From NCBI GenBank assembly GCA_937881815.1, contig CALGEC010000047.1, forward strand, positions 103,040 to 167,039: 64,000 bases of DNA, in the 5' to 3' direction. The DNA is from an uncultured Bacteroidales bacterium (GTDB lineage: Bacteria > Bacteroidota > Bacteroidia > Bacteroidales > P3). Under the pieces are notes generated by a model. That model had not been told where the DNA came from and searched no databases. It saw only the letters and a list, made by a program, of their open reading frames with translations. Within the stretch, counting starts at the first letter, position 1. Every line of letters begins with the position of its first letter. This document shows positions 54,973 through 64,000 of the stretch, one piece after another. The position numbers and the translations under genes were made by a program.

Positions 54973-55995
54973 TTATTGTTTATTAGCGGTTGTGTAAGCT
55001 TCCCATTTCTCAATCACATCTGTCATATCTTGTGGCAAAGGACTACTAAAATTCATCCTTTCAAGCTTTGTAGGGTGAAGAAATCCTATTGTAGTGGCGT
55101 GAAGGGCTTGTCTTGTGATTATTTGGAAACAATTGTTGATAAATTGCTTGTATTTGCTGAACGTAGTGCCTTTAAGAATTTGGTCTCCTCCATAGGTAGC
55201 GTCCGCAAACAAAGGATGACCTGCATAACGCATATGAGCGCGTATTTGATGTGTGCGTCCTGTTTCTAATTGACACTCAACCAATGTTACGTATCCAAAT
55301 CTTTTTAAAACCCTCCAATGAGTTATTGCAGTTTTTCCGTAATCGCCCTCAGGGAAAACTGCCATTACTTTTCTATCTTTTAGACTTCGTCCAATATTTC
55401 CTTCAATTGTACCTTCTTCTTCCTTTAAATCGCCCCATACAAGTACAGTATATTTTCTTTCGGTTGTATGGTCAAAGAATTGTTTTGCAAGAAAAGTTTG
55501 TGCATACTCATTTTTAGCAACTAAAAGCAGTCCTGTGGTGTCTTTATCTATACGATGGACAAGCAAAGGCTTTACTTCGCTTGATTCGTTTTGTTGAAAA
55601 TGATATGTTAATGCGTTAAGAAGAGTAGAAGTGTAGTTTCCATAACCCGGATGCACTACCATTGATGCAGGTTTATTAACAACTATTACATCTTCATCCT
55701 CATATACTATATCAATTGGTATATTTTGTGGTATGATTTCTATTTCTCGTGGTTCTGTTGTAAGGAAAACTTGAATTAAATCACCAGGTTTAACCCTATA
55801 ATTGACCTTTACAGGTTTGTCATTCACCTTTACACAATCGGCTTTTATTGCTAATTGTATTTTATTTCGTGAAGCGCCCTCAATTCTATCTACAAGATAT
55901 TTATCAATTCTTAAAAGACTTTGTCCTTTATCTACTATAACTCTATAATTTTCGTATAATTCTTGTTCTTCTTGTAAATTTTGTTCTTCTTGCAT
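54973..55995 (-). CDS. rluD: 23S rRNA pseudouridine synthase, RluA/RluD family
   Basis: 340 aa. N-terminal S4 domain, HRIDKDTTGLLLVAKN catalytic Asp motif, and GRTHQIRAH. Confidence 0.9.
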   Translation of the reverse strand: MQEEQNLQEEQELYENYRVIVDKGQSLLRIDKYLVDRIEGASRNKIQLAIKADCVKVNDKPVKVNYRVKPGDLIQVFLTTEPREIEIIPQNIPIDIVYEDEDVIVVNKPASMVVHPGYGNYTSTLLNALTYHFQQNESSEVKPLLVHRIDKDTTGLLLVAKNEYAQTFLAKQFFDHTTERKYTVLVWGDLKEEEGTIEGNIGRSLKDRKVMAVFPEGDYGKTAITHWRVLKRFGYVTLVECQLETGRTHQIRAHMRYAGHPLFADATYGGDQILKGTTFSKYKQFINNCFQIITRQALHATTIGFLHPTKLERMNFSSPLPQDMTDVIEKWEAYTTANKQ

Positions 55996-57878
55996 TACTT
56001 TGTTTTTACTATTTTGCGAATTGCTACTATACCGTCCTTATTTTCTACTCTAAGAATATAGATTCCTTGTGAAAGTTGCGATAAATCTATTTCGTTATCG
56101 TATGTTGCAACGAGCAATCGCCCATTCATATCCATAATTTGCTTTTTTGCAGTGTCTATACCTTGAAAAAATATTTTAGATGAGGTTGGATTAGGATAGA
56201 AATTAAAGTCTATTTCTTGTTCTTTTTCATTTAATCCAACCAATGCATTATATCCAAAATAAGGTCTTAGCATTACTGAACCTTTTATGAAGGATTGCTC
56301 CCAATTTATTCCTGTTTTTGAGTAGGTATATTGAGAAGAATTAGTATTTCTATCAAATCCTATATTCAAATAATCATTGCCTTTTGTTTGTATGCTAACA
56401 AAAAACATACCTTCTTCTAATTCTATTTGCTCTTCTAATTCAAATCTTACGAAACGATTTAAACTATCGCTAATAGGAGTTAATCTTTCTGTTTTATATA
56501 ACATCTGATAAGGCAAACCATTTAATGAGGTCCAAACACAAATATAAAATTGTTTTAGATTAGCTTCATTTAGTGCGGAATTAAAATATATATCTACCGC
56601 TGTTAAAGTATCTGGTTTATTTAAATCAAATGCTACTGCCAAATGAGAACCCGCTATCGGTTCTACTCCTATTCCATTTTCTGCACTGCCATCGTCATAA
56701 GCAAAATAGTTTTCAAATTTTTGGATAAAGCAGATGGTATCGTTAGAAGAAAGCACATCTTGTCCAACTCCTTCTTTTACAATATGAGTTATTGAAAATG
56801 TTTGCCAATTATCCTCGCTTATAGGAAAATTATAATTAACTATTGGACGAGAATGCGAAAGTGCATCTTGGTATGAAAGAGTTGTTATGTAAGGTGATAT
56901 GTTTTCAAATCCCCCATCGTATGTATGTAGAATATTTCCTTGTTCATCTTTAATAAAGTATTTATATATTGAACTAAGTGCCTCAGAATATAGATTGGTT
57001 ATTTTAATTTGTAAACTATCTGCTATTTCTTGTTCTGTATATTGATAAGCTGGCATTGCTTGATAGCGTTTTAACATAGAAGGAGCAGGATCTACAAAAG
57101 CCAATTCTCGTATTACTGTATCTTCTATACTTCTATCTTTGTCAAGATACACATAATCTATATTCCATTGGTCACAATTACCAATATATGCAAGTTGTGG
57201 GTTATTATTTAGTGAGGCTATATTACGAAAACGAAATCGGAACTCTTTTGTTAGATACTTCTCTTCTATAATTGGTATCATTACATATTTATAAAAAGCA
57301 TTTTCTTGTGCAAATAAGGAATCCAAAGGAATACCTCCCATAGCCCATACTTTTTCCCAGCCATTTTCTGGACTAAAAAAGTCTAATATGATGGAATCTG
57401 AGTAAGATGGTAAAGAGCCTATTGTTTCCCATGGTTGCCCATTGCTTCCTGCTGGCTGAATGTAAAAACTAAAATAAATAGAATCTCCTATTGAAAGCTT
57501 TTGTCTTGCTGGAGAAACAATAGAGTCTAATCTTATTGGTTGGGATATTAGAGTGTCTGCTTCAAAACTTGTAGTGGTTGCATTAGGATAAAGTTTTCCA
57601 TAAATATCTACAACATCTAAAGTAGCCACCCCTACTGTCGGTGGATTAAATTGGTAAGTTGAGTTTACTATAACGTTTTTTGTTTGCCATTTTAATTGAT
57701 TAGGCAATCCCTGATAAGAGGAAAAATCATCAACAAATGGTATTTGATTATAGTTAGTTTCAATACTTTTATAAAATTGAAAATTCCCTGTTCCTGAAGC
57801 AGGGACTAAAATTATTTGTGCTTTAACTAAAGAAATAGTTTGTAAAACTAAAAACAAAACTAAAAAAAAACGTCTCAT
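55995..57878 (-). CDS. secreted hypothetical protein with T9SS C-terminal sorting domain
   Basis: 627 aa. Signal peptide; C-terminal FYPNPTSSKIFF...GIYILRVENKDGIVAIRKIV is a typical T9SS CTD. The rest is unrecognised. Confidence 0.6.
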   Translation of the reverse strand: MRRFFLVLFLVLQTISLVKAQIILVPASGTGNFQFYKSIETNYNQIPFVDDFSSYQGLPNQLKWQTKNVIVNSTYQFNPPTVGVATLDVVDIYGKLYPNATTTSFEADTLISQPIRLDSIVSPARQKLSIGDSIYFSFYIQPAGSNGQPWETIGSLPSYSDSIILDFFSPENGWEKVWAMGGIPLDSLFAQENAFYKYVMIPIIEEKYLTKEFRFRFRNIASLNNNPQLAYIGNCDQWNIDYVYLDKDRSIEDTVIRELAFVDPAPSMLKRYQAMPAYQYTEQEIADSLQIKITNLYSEALSSIYKYFIKDEQGNILHTYDGGFENISPYITTLSYQDALSHSRPIVNYNFPISEDNWQTFSITHIVKEGVGQDVLSSNDTICFIQKFENYFAYDDGSAENGIGVEPIAGSHLAVAFDLNKPDTLTAVDIYFNSALNEANLKQFYICVWTSLNGLPYQMLYKTERLTPISDSLNRFVRFELEEQIELEEGMFFVSIQTKGNDYLNIGFDRNTNSSQYTYSKTGINWEQSFIKGSVMLRPYFGYNALVGLNEKEQEIDFNFYPNPTSSKIFFQGIDTAKKQIMDMNGRLLVATYDNEIDLSQLSQGIYILRVENKDGIVAIRKIVKTK

Positions 57879-58735
57879 ATTTCAACAACATTTCCTTCTG
57901 TGATTTCGTCCCAATCCTCAAATTGACTCTGTTCCAAAATCAATTGTTCTTCAAAATCTCTTTTTGCTTTCTTATAATTGTTTTTTGTATCATTTATAAA
58001 ATACAAAGAAACTGTTGTGCCTAATGATAAGCCTTGAAACGTTGGCTGATAACTTACAACTCTTGAATGATTCTTATCTTTCTTCCCCTCAAAGTCCTTT
58101 TTGCCAACATTAAGTCCTGCCGCCCACAACATTTTCTCTGCTTCTTCTTCTGTTTTGCCTAAAACATCTGGCATATTCGTTGTTGTTTGGGATTCGGTCA
58201 TTTCTACAACCAAGTCAATCACTTCTCCACGTTTTACTTTCGTGTTTTGCTTGATTTGTTTTCCGTTTTTTTGTTGAGCAACAACTATATTAGGAATATT
58301 TCCTTGTACAAAACTAATATTTCCTATACGAAGACCAACATCAGTTAATGTTTGTACTGCTAATTTCAAACTCATATCTACGCAAGACGGCATGTCAATA
58401 TCATCTCCTGAAAAAGATGCTACGGTTAAATATATTTTTCGTCCTTTTTTCGCCTTAGAATTTGCAACAGGTTCTTGACTCAATATTGTACCTGATAAAG
58501 TTTCTTCTTGGAATATGGAATCTATTATAACTATATTAAAAGGTGACATTTCTTCCATTTGTTCTATTTCCTGAATTAGCTTTCCGCTAATGTCAGGAAC
58601 GACATATTCTTTCCCGTGTCGAGTATATATTTTTAAAGAAAAGAAAATTAACAAAATAATAATAAAGAAACTAATAATAATTAGTCCTAAATGTATAAAG
58701 AAACTTTTACTTTTTACAAAATCTTTAACTGACAT
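57875..58735 (-). CDS. membrane-anchored PASTA-domain protein (three PASTA repeats, no kinase or PBP domain)
   Basis: 286 aa. One TM helix, then repeats starting VPDISGK..., MPSCVDMSLKLAVQTLTDVGLRIG... and MPDVLGKTEEEAEKMLWAAGLNVG.... Confidence 0.8.
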   Translation of the reverse strand: MSVKDFVKSKSFFIHLGLIIISFFIIILLIFFSLKIYTRHGKEYVVPDISGKLIQEIEQMEEMSPFNIVIIDSIFQEETLSGTILSQEPVANSKAKKGRKIYLTVASFSGDDIDMPSCVDMSLKLAVQTLTDVGLRIGNISFVQGNIPNIVVAQQKNGKQIKQNTKVKRGEVIDLVVEMTESQTTTNMPDVLGKTEEEAEKMLWAAGLNVGKKDFEGKKDKNHSRVVSYQPTFQGLSLGTTVSLYFINDTKNNYKKAKRDFEEQLILEQSQFEDWDEITEGNVVEI

Positions 58736-58749
58736 ATTTCTTTTTATTT

Positions 58750-59424
58750 TTAATCATCATCTCTACTTCCTAAGAATATCATTACATAATGCAATAAAGT
58801 AGCCAAAGATGACAAGGCTGCTATTACGTATGTATATGCTGCTAATTTTAAAGCATGTTTTGCTTTCGGTAATTGTTCATAAGTAACAACATTTTCCAAC
58901 CAATTTATCGCACGATTTGATGCATTTATTTCAACTGGCAAAGTAACAAAACTAAATAAAGTTGTAGTTGCAAACAGGATTATGCCGATTAAAAGTAAAT
59001 TTGGAAAGACATTTATTAATAATATGCCAGCTAAAAGTATCCAAGTTATCCATCTTGAAGAGAAATTTACAATTGGAACTAATTTTGTGCGAAGAGTTAA
59101 CCACGAATAAGCTTCTGCATGTTGTATTGCATGACCTGTTTCGTGTGCAGCAACAGCTGCTGCAGAAATATTATTGCCATAATATACCGCTTTAGATAAA
59201 TTGATTGTCTTTGTAGCAGGATTATAATGGTCTGTCAAAAATCCCTCTGTACATTGTACACTTACATCTAATACATCATGATTTTTTAACATTATTTCTG
59301 CAATATCTTTACCTGTTAAGTTACTTTGTAATTGCATTTTAGAATATTGCTTAAATTTAGAGTCTAATCTGTATGAAACTATCATACTTAAAAGCATTAA
59401 TGCTACAAATACTATTATATACAT
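58750..59424 (-). CDS. membrane zinc metallopeptidase (YugP / Zn_peptidase_2 family)
   Basis: 224 aa. AAHETGHAIQH HExxH motif flanked by TM segments. Confidence 0.85.
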   Translation of the reverse strand: MYIIVFVALMLLSMIVSYRLDSKFKQYSKMQLQSNLTGKDIAEIMLKNHDVLDVSVQCTEGFLTDHYNPATKTINLSKAVYYGNNISAAAVAAHETGHAIQHAEAYSWLTLRTKLVPIVNFSSRWITWILLAGILLINVFPNLLLIGIILFATTTLFSFVTLPVEINASNRAINWLENVVTYEQLPKAKHALKLAAYTYVIAALSSLATLLHYVMIFLGSRDDD

Positions 59425-59448
59425 CTCGTTTTATTTTATTTTAAAAGG

Positions 59449-59456
59449 CAAAAATA
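59449..59456 (-). promoter_or_regulatory. -7 box TATTTTTG upstream of the YugP-family peptidase operon
   Basis: Plus strand caaaaata, 24 nt from ATG 59424. Confidence 0.5.
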
Positions 59457-59475
59457 ATAATTTTTGTTTGATTTA

Positions 59476-59491
59476 TCGTTTAATTAAACGA
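59476..59491. promoter_or_regulatory. 16-bp perfect palindrome TCGTTTAATTAAACGA between two divergent -7 boxes (candidate operator)
   Basis: Read directly. Lies between the minus-strand box (59449-59456) and the plus-strand box (59510-59517). Confidence 0.35.
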
Positions 59492-59509
59492 ATAAAGAAA
59501 AGGTTTTTG

Positions 59510-59517
59510 TATTTTTG
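59510..59517 (+). promoter_or_regulatory. -7 box TATTTTTG upstream of yicC
   Basis: Exact TAnnTTTG on the plus strand, 33 nt before ATG 59551. Confidence 0.5.
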
Positions 59518-59550
59518 CGGTAATATTTTAAACTAATTCAACGCTTTTTT

Positions 59551-60423
59551 ATGATAAAATCAATGACCGGCTTTGGGAAAGCCTCAGTAGAAATAGGAAA
59601 CCAAGTTTTAAAAGTAGAAATAAAATCGCTAAACAGCAAACAATTTGACTCAAATGTAAAAATTCCTTCAAAATGGAGAGAATTAGAGCTAGATATTAGA
59701 AATATACTACTTGAATCTGTAATAAAAGGTAAAGTAGATTGTTGTATAACAATTGAAAGCAACAAAGAACTTTCGGTAAACAAAATAAATGCAGATTTAG
59801 TCAAACAAACATATCAACAATTACATCAATTAGCAAATGAAGTTGGAGCAAATACCGATAGATTGTTTGAATACATTTTATCACTTCCTGAAATTAGAAA
59901 TAGCGAAGCAGAAAGTGAACTTTCAGAAGAAGACAAAACCAAATTTCTATCTATGATAAAAGAAGCACTTGTTGGATTTAATGATTACCGAATCACAGAA
60001 GGTGCAATATTAGAGAAAGACTTTATTGAGAGAATAAATATAATAGCAAATTTACTAAAAGAAGTAGAAGTCTATGAAGAAGAACGTTGCAATAAAATTA
60101 AGGCAAAGCTTACCTCAAGGCTAAAAGAACTCTCAATAGAAGATATAAATGAAAATCGTTTAGAACAAGAAATGATTTATTATCTTGAAAAACTTGATAT
60201 AACCGAAGAAAAAGTTAGACTATCTCAACATCTTGAATATTTCAAACAATGTATGGATAAAGAAATCAATCAAGGAAAGAAATTAGGGTTCATATCCCAA
60301 GAAATTGGACGCGAAATAAACACCCTTGGTTCTAAGGCTAACAATGCTGACATTCAGACAATAGTAGTCAAGATGAAGGACGAATTAGAAAAAATAAAGG
60401 AACAATTAGCTAATATTTTATAA
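59551..60423 (+). CDS. yicC: YicC family stress-induced protein
   Basis: 290 aa. MIKSMTGFGKA N-terminus and the C-terminal QEIGREINTLGSKAN motif. Confidence 0.9.
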   Translation: MIKSMTGFGKASVEIGNQVLKVEIKSLNSKQFDSNVKIPSKWRELELDIRNILLESVIKGKVDCCITIESNKELSVNKINADLVKQTYQQLHQLANEVGANTDRLFEYILSLPEIRNSEAESELSEEDKTKFLSMIKEALVGFNDYRITEGAILEKDFIERINIIANLLKEVEVYEEERCNKIKAKLTSRLKELSIEDINENRLEQEMIYYLEKLDITEEKVRLSQHLEYFKQCMDKEINQGKKLGFISQEIGREINTLGSKANNADIQTIVVKMKDELEKIKEQLANIL

Positions 60424-62219
60424 TGAAAAAAATTTTCTTTATACTAATTTACCTTTTGACATTTACAAGTCTTTATTCTCAAACTCCAATTGAATTGGAA
60501 CAAGCAAGAATGCTAAAAGATAAAGGAGAAGTAAATGCAGCAATAGATATGTATAAAGAATTCATCAAACAATACAAAAATAATAGAGATCTTTACCTTT
60601 CAATTAGCGAATGCTTTTTAGAAATAGGCGAAGATAAAGAAGCAGAATCATATTTAAAAAAAGCAAACAAACAATTCTCCGATGATTATAAAATAAAAGT
60701 TGCTTTATATATACTATATGAACAAACTAATCAGCATAACAAAAAAGAAAAACTTTTAAAAACAATCCTTTCCTCATTAAAAGCGAACAATTCCGACATA
60801 CAATCTTTAGGCAATGAATTTATTTCAAAAAAGCATTGGGCAGAAGCAAAAGCTGTTTTCTTAAAAGGAAGAGAACTTATCTTTGATAACACCGCATATT
60901 CTTGGCAATTGAGTAATATTTTTTTACAAGAAGGAGATTATCAAAACATTGCAAAGGAATATTTAATACAATTAGAGAACAACCCTAAGAGTCTGAAACA
61001 AATAGAAGCGAATATTTTAGGTCTTATTGCAAATAACCAAGATATAGCCCCTATTATAGAAAAGGAATGGGAGATTTATTGGAAAAAAAATAAAGATAAC
61101 CCATATTTTGCTCAATTTGGAGTGTGGTTATACAATCAAACAAAACAATACAACAAATCTTTTGAATTAGTAAAGCAAATAGATAGTAAATTTGAAGGAA
61201 GTAGCGGAGCAACAATGCTTAGTTTTGGAGAAGATATGCTTAATTCCAACAATCTTGACTACGCATTAAAAGCAGTAAACTACATGTTAAAAAAAGGCAA
61301 AGAAAGTGCTTTCTATCAAAGATGCAGAATTTTGTCCCTATCTCTTTCCTACAAACAATTTCTTTTAAAATCCCCTAAAACAGAAGAAGATTTTACAAAA
61401 TTAGAAGGAGATTTTACTTCTTTCTTTAAAGAATTCACCTATTCAAAAGAATCATTTGAAGTAATATTACAAATGGGAGATTTTTTTGCTTTTCATATTA
61501 ACAAACCACAAGAAGCAGTTGATAAGTTAGAAGAAGCGATTAACAAAGGACTTTCTACAAATCAAAAAGGAGAAATAAAACTTTTGTTAGCAAAAATCTA
61601 CAATCGCTATGGCGATATGTGGCAAGCAAGTCTTTATTGTTCACAAGTAGAACAAGATTGCAAGAATAGCTACCTTGCAGATGAGGCTAAACTTTTAAAA
61701 GCTATGTTTTCATACTACAACAACGAGATTCCTTGGGCTCTATCGCAATTTAAAGCCCTTCGTTCTTCAACAACAAAACTTATTGCAAACGATGCGATGA
61801 GTTATAGCATACTAATAGAAGAAAATATTGACCAAGACAGCACTTATAATGGCCTTAGACTATTTGCAAACGCTGAAAAAGAATTAGAATATAATAATCC
61901 CGAAATAGCAACTGCCTATTTAGATACACTAACTAGCTCATATCTTTATCACCCTTTATTCGATGATGTTTTTTTATTAAAGGCTAAGATAAATATTTCA
62001 GTCAATAATTTTGATAAAGCAAAGGAATATTTAAACGAATCTTTGAAAAAATTTCCTTATGAACTCACTGCCGATGATGCCTTATTTCTTCTTAGTGACA
62101 TTTACCTAAATAAAACAAACGAAAAAGCATTAGCAAAAGAATTATTAGAAAAAATAATTCTTGATTACCCAAATAGTATATATGTAACAGAAGCCAGAAA
62201 ACTTCTAAAAGAATTATAA
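60423..62219 (+). CDS. secreted TPR-repeat protein
   Basis: 598 aa. Signal peptide and multiple TPR-like helical repeats. Its start overlaps the yicC stop (TAATG). Confidence 0.6.
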   Translation: MKKIFFILIYLLTFTSLYSQTPIELEQARMLKDKGEVNAAIDMYKEFIKQYKNNRDLYLSISECFLEIGEDKEAESYLKKANKQFSDDYKIKVALYILYEQTNQHNKKEKLLKTILSSLKANNSDIQSLGNEFISKKHWAEAKAVFLKGRELIFDNTAYSWQLSNIFLQEGDYQNIAKEYLIQLENNPKSLKQIEANILGLIANNQDIAPIIEKEWEIYWKKNKDNPYFAQFGVWLYNQTKQYNKSFELVKQIDSKFEGSSGATMLSFGEDMLNSNNLDYALKAVNYMLKKGKESAFYQRCRILSLSLSYKQFLLKSPKTEEDFTKLEGDFTSFFKEFTYSKESFEVILQMGDFFAFHINKPQEAVDKLEEAINKGLSTNQKGEIKLLLAKIYNRYGDMWQASLYCSQVEQDCKNSYLADEAKLLKAMFSYYNNEIPWALSQFKALRSSTTKLIANDAMSYSILIEENIDQDSTYNGLRLFANAEKELEYNNPEIATAYLDTLTSSYLYHPLFDDVFLLKAKINISVNNFDKAKEYLNESLKKFPYELTADDALFLLSDIYLNKTNEKALAKELLEKIILDYPNSIYVTEARKLLKEL

Positions 62220-62232
62220 TTTTTAAAAAGAT

Positions 62233-63459
62233 ATGAAATTACTAATACTAACGCAATATTTTCCGCCAGAAATTGGTGCACCGCAAAACAGATTGTATGA
62301 GCTTGCTCTACGTTTACAAAAAAACGGAATAGATGTCAGCATATTAACCGCAATGCCTAACTATCCACAAATGAAAATCCATGAAAATTACAAAGGCAAA
62401 TGCTACTATAAGGAAACACTTAACGAACTAAAAATTCATAGAGCTTGGATTTACGTTTCTCAATCTAAATCTATAATTTCTCGATTATTGAATTATTTTT
62501 CATTTGTAATAACTGCCTTTTTTGTAGGAGCGTTTAAGCTAAAAAAACAAGACATTTTAATGGTAGAAAGTCCACCTTTATTTCTTGGAATCACAGCCTA
62601 CCTGCTTGCAAAACTAAAAGGAGCAAAATTACTATTTAACGTATCAGACCTATGGCCTGAAAGTGCAGAAAAATTAGGTATAATAACCAACAAAACCCTT
62701 CTTTTGATGGCAACAAAATTAGAAGAATTTTGTTATCGTAAAGCCGCCTTAATCAGCGGTCAAACACAGGGAATTGTTAGCAATATTTCAGAAAGATTTC
62801 CAAATAAAAAAGTATATTGGTTGAAGAATGGCGTAGATATAAACTTTTACGATGTGAACAAAAGCATAGAGAAAAATATTTGGAGAAAAGAAAACAATTA
62901 TTCAGAAGAAGACTTCATACTTTTTTATGGAGGAATAATCGGACACGCACAAGGATTAGAAGTAATATTAAACGCAGCTAAAAAATTAGAAGACCATAAA
63001 AACATAAAATTCATATTACTTGGCAACGGACCTGAAAAAGAAAAACTATTAAAACTAAAAGATGATTTACAATTGACAAACCTTAGATTTTTTGAAGCAG
63101 TACCAAAAAGTCAAATGCAAAGAATAATAACCGACACTAATGCAAGTATAATACCATTAAAAAGATTAGACCTATTCAAAGGAGCAATTCCATCAAAAAT
63201 ATTTGAAAATCTCGCACTGAAAAAGCCAATTATCTTAGGCGTTGAAGGAGAAGTAGAAGAATTATTCATAAAACAAGGAAAATGTGGCGTATCTTTCACA
63301 CCGGAAGACAGCGAAGACTTAGCAAAACAAATATTAAAACTATACAACGACAAAAATCTCGTAGAAGAATTAGGAGAAAACGGATTGAAATACGTAAGCG
63401 AGAATTTTAATAGAGACAAAATAGCCAAAGAATTTTACTCTCAAATAAGTAATTTATGA
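62233..63459 (+). CDS. glycosyltransferase family 4 (WbuB-like)
   Basis: 408 aa. N-terminal LTQYFPPEIGAPQNRLYELA typical of WbuB-type GT4. C-terminal GT1/GT4 Rossmann domain with the EGEVEE region. Confidence 0.8.
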   Translation: MKLLILTQYFPPEIGAPQNRLYELALRLQKNGIDVSILTAMPNYPQMKIHENYKGKCYYKETLNELKIHRAWIYVSQSKSIISRLLNYFSFVITAFFVGAFKLKKQDILMVESPPLFLGITAYLLAKLKGAKLLFNVSDLWPESAEKLGIITNKTLLLMATKLEEFCYRKAALISGQTQGIVSNISERFPNKKVYWLKNGVDINFYDVNKSIEKNIWRKENNYSEEDFILFYGGIIGHAQGLEVILNAAKKLEDHKNIKFILLGNGPEKEKLLKLKDDLQLTNLRFFEAVPKSQMQRIITDTNASIIPLKRLDLFKGAIPSKIFENLALKKPIILGVEGEVEELFIKQGKCGVSFTPEDSEDLAKQILKLYNDKNLVEELGENGLKYVSENFNRDKIAKEFYSQISNL

Positions 63460-64000
63460 AAATAATAACAATAATAGGTGCAAGGCCACAAATAATAAAA
63501 GCCTCAGCAATAAGCAGGACGATAAAAAAATATTTTTCTGACAAGATAGAAGAAATAATCCTACACACAGGACAACACTATGATGAAAACATGTCTGAAA
63601 TCTTTTTCAGAGAATTGGAAATTCCTACACCAAAGTATCAACTCTCGGTAGGAAGCGGGAAACACGGCGAACAAACAGCCAAAATGATAGAGAAGATAGA
63701 GCAAGTCCTTGAAAAAGAATCCCCAAATGCTATAATAGTATACGGAGACACTAATTCCACACTTGCAGGAGCAATTGCAGCCTCAAAAATTCACATTCCA
63801 ATCATACATATTGAAGCAGGATTACGCTCATTTGACAAAACAATGCCAGAAGAGATAAACAGAATACTATGCGATCATTGTTCCACTCTCCTATTCTCAC
63901 CAACAATTCACGGATACAATAACCTATTGAAAGAAGGCTTTTCGGCAGAAATAAACAACAAACCCACAGCAGACAAACCCAACATATTTCACTGCGGAGA
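63456..64000 (+). CDS. wecB: UDP-N-acetylglucosamine 2-epimerase (non-hydrolysing), N-terminal 181 codons; continues beyond the window end
   Basis: Not in the ORF track (runs off the edge). My translation from ATG 63456 (ATGA overlap with the GT4 stop): MKIITIIGARPQIIKASAISR...ILHTGQHYDENMS...VYGDTNSTLAGAIAA...HIEAGLRSFDKTMPEEINR, which are classic WecB motifs. Confidence 0.9.
   Translation, partial: MKIITIIGARPQIIKASAISRTIKKYFSDKIEEIILHTGQHYDENMSEIFFRELEIPTPKYQLSVGSGKHGEQTAKMIEKIEQVLEKESPNAIIVYGDTNSTLAGAIAASKIHIPIIHIEAGLRSFDKTMPEEINRILCDHCSTLLFSPTIHGYNNLLKEGFSAEINNKPTADKPNIFHCG

Noticed and set aside
59425-59550. The polarity switch (48 minus-strand genes to the left, plus-strand genes to the right) as a possible replication origin. 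Related: a single perfect DnaA box TTATCCACA at 2828-2836.
   Set aside because: The spacer is only 126 nt, has no DnaA-box cluster or AT-rich unwinding repeats, and no dnaA/dnaN nearby. The lone TTATCCACA lies inside queA and is expected by chance about once in this much sequence. Cumulative GC-skew analysis of the whole genome would be needed.
1-64000. Searched for mobile elements, prophage genes, toxin-antitoxin pairs, restriction-modification or other defence genes, tRNA/rRNA/tmRNA and riboswitch-sized leaders.
   Set aside because: None found. Every gap over 60 nt was read. The longest (21992-22259, 268 nt) contains only promoter, repeat and hairpin features. No ORF shows integrase, transposase, nuclease-NTPase or other defence-type motifs that I can recognise by eye.

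Overview
This is an AT-rich (about one-third G+C by eye, not computed), very gene-dense chromosomal segment that reads as core genome of a Bacteroidota organism. Supporting signs are TAnnTTTG -7 promoter boxes, three proteins with T9SS C-terminal sorting domains, a GldB-like lipoprotein and an ExbB-x-ExbD-ExbD cluster.

I call 56 CDS, 48 on the minus strand (1 to 59.4 kb) and 8 on the plus strand. Two are cut by the window edges. One of these, a C69 dipeptidase at 1-1150, is missing from the supplied ORF track because it runs off the edge.

Content is mostly housekeeping:
- Nucleotide, lipid and translation genes: pyrH, queA, purS, pssA, frr, lspA, gpsA, polA, gltX, miaB, rluD, dprA, comM, cinA and yicC.
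- Envelope genes: ExbBD, Wza/Wzc, an LTA-synthase-like sulfatase, a GT4 and wecB.
- Glycan and peptide foraging genes: sialidase, a GH29 fucosidase, a GH16-like protein, and C69, U32 and M49-like peptidases.
- Tryptophanase.
- One ECF sigma module and one MerR/GyrI-like regulator.

I saw no rRNA, tRNA, CRISPR array, transposase, integrase, phage gene or recognisable defence gene. The largest non-coding gap is 268 nt.

I did not find a convincing novel multi-gene system, and this looks like an ordinary core region. The most unusual signal not explained by gene annotation is a small intergenic repeat family. CTTTG boxes sit at an exact 21-nt phase at three loci (about 6.95-7.04 kb, 22.16-22.24 kb and 43.61-43.69 kb). 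Two of these loci share a 41-nt stretch that is 40/41 identical.

Secondary leads:
- A dprA / nucleoside phosphorylase / lipoprotein / comM / secreted lamin-tail-domain protein string.
- An ECF sigma / anti-sigma / beta-barrel trio.
- A MerR-type promoter with an over-long spacer.
- A hairpin that is a perfect duplex only in the minus-strand RNA.
- A 16-bp perfect palindrome in a divergent promoter region.

All functional calls rest on motif recognition by eye. No database search was run.
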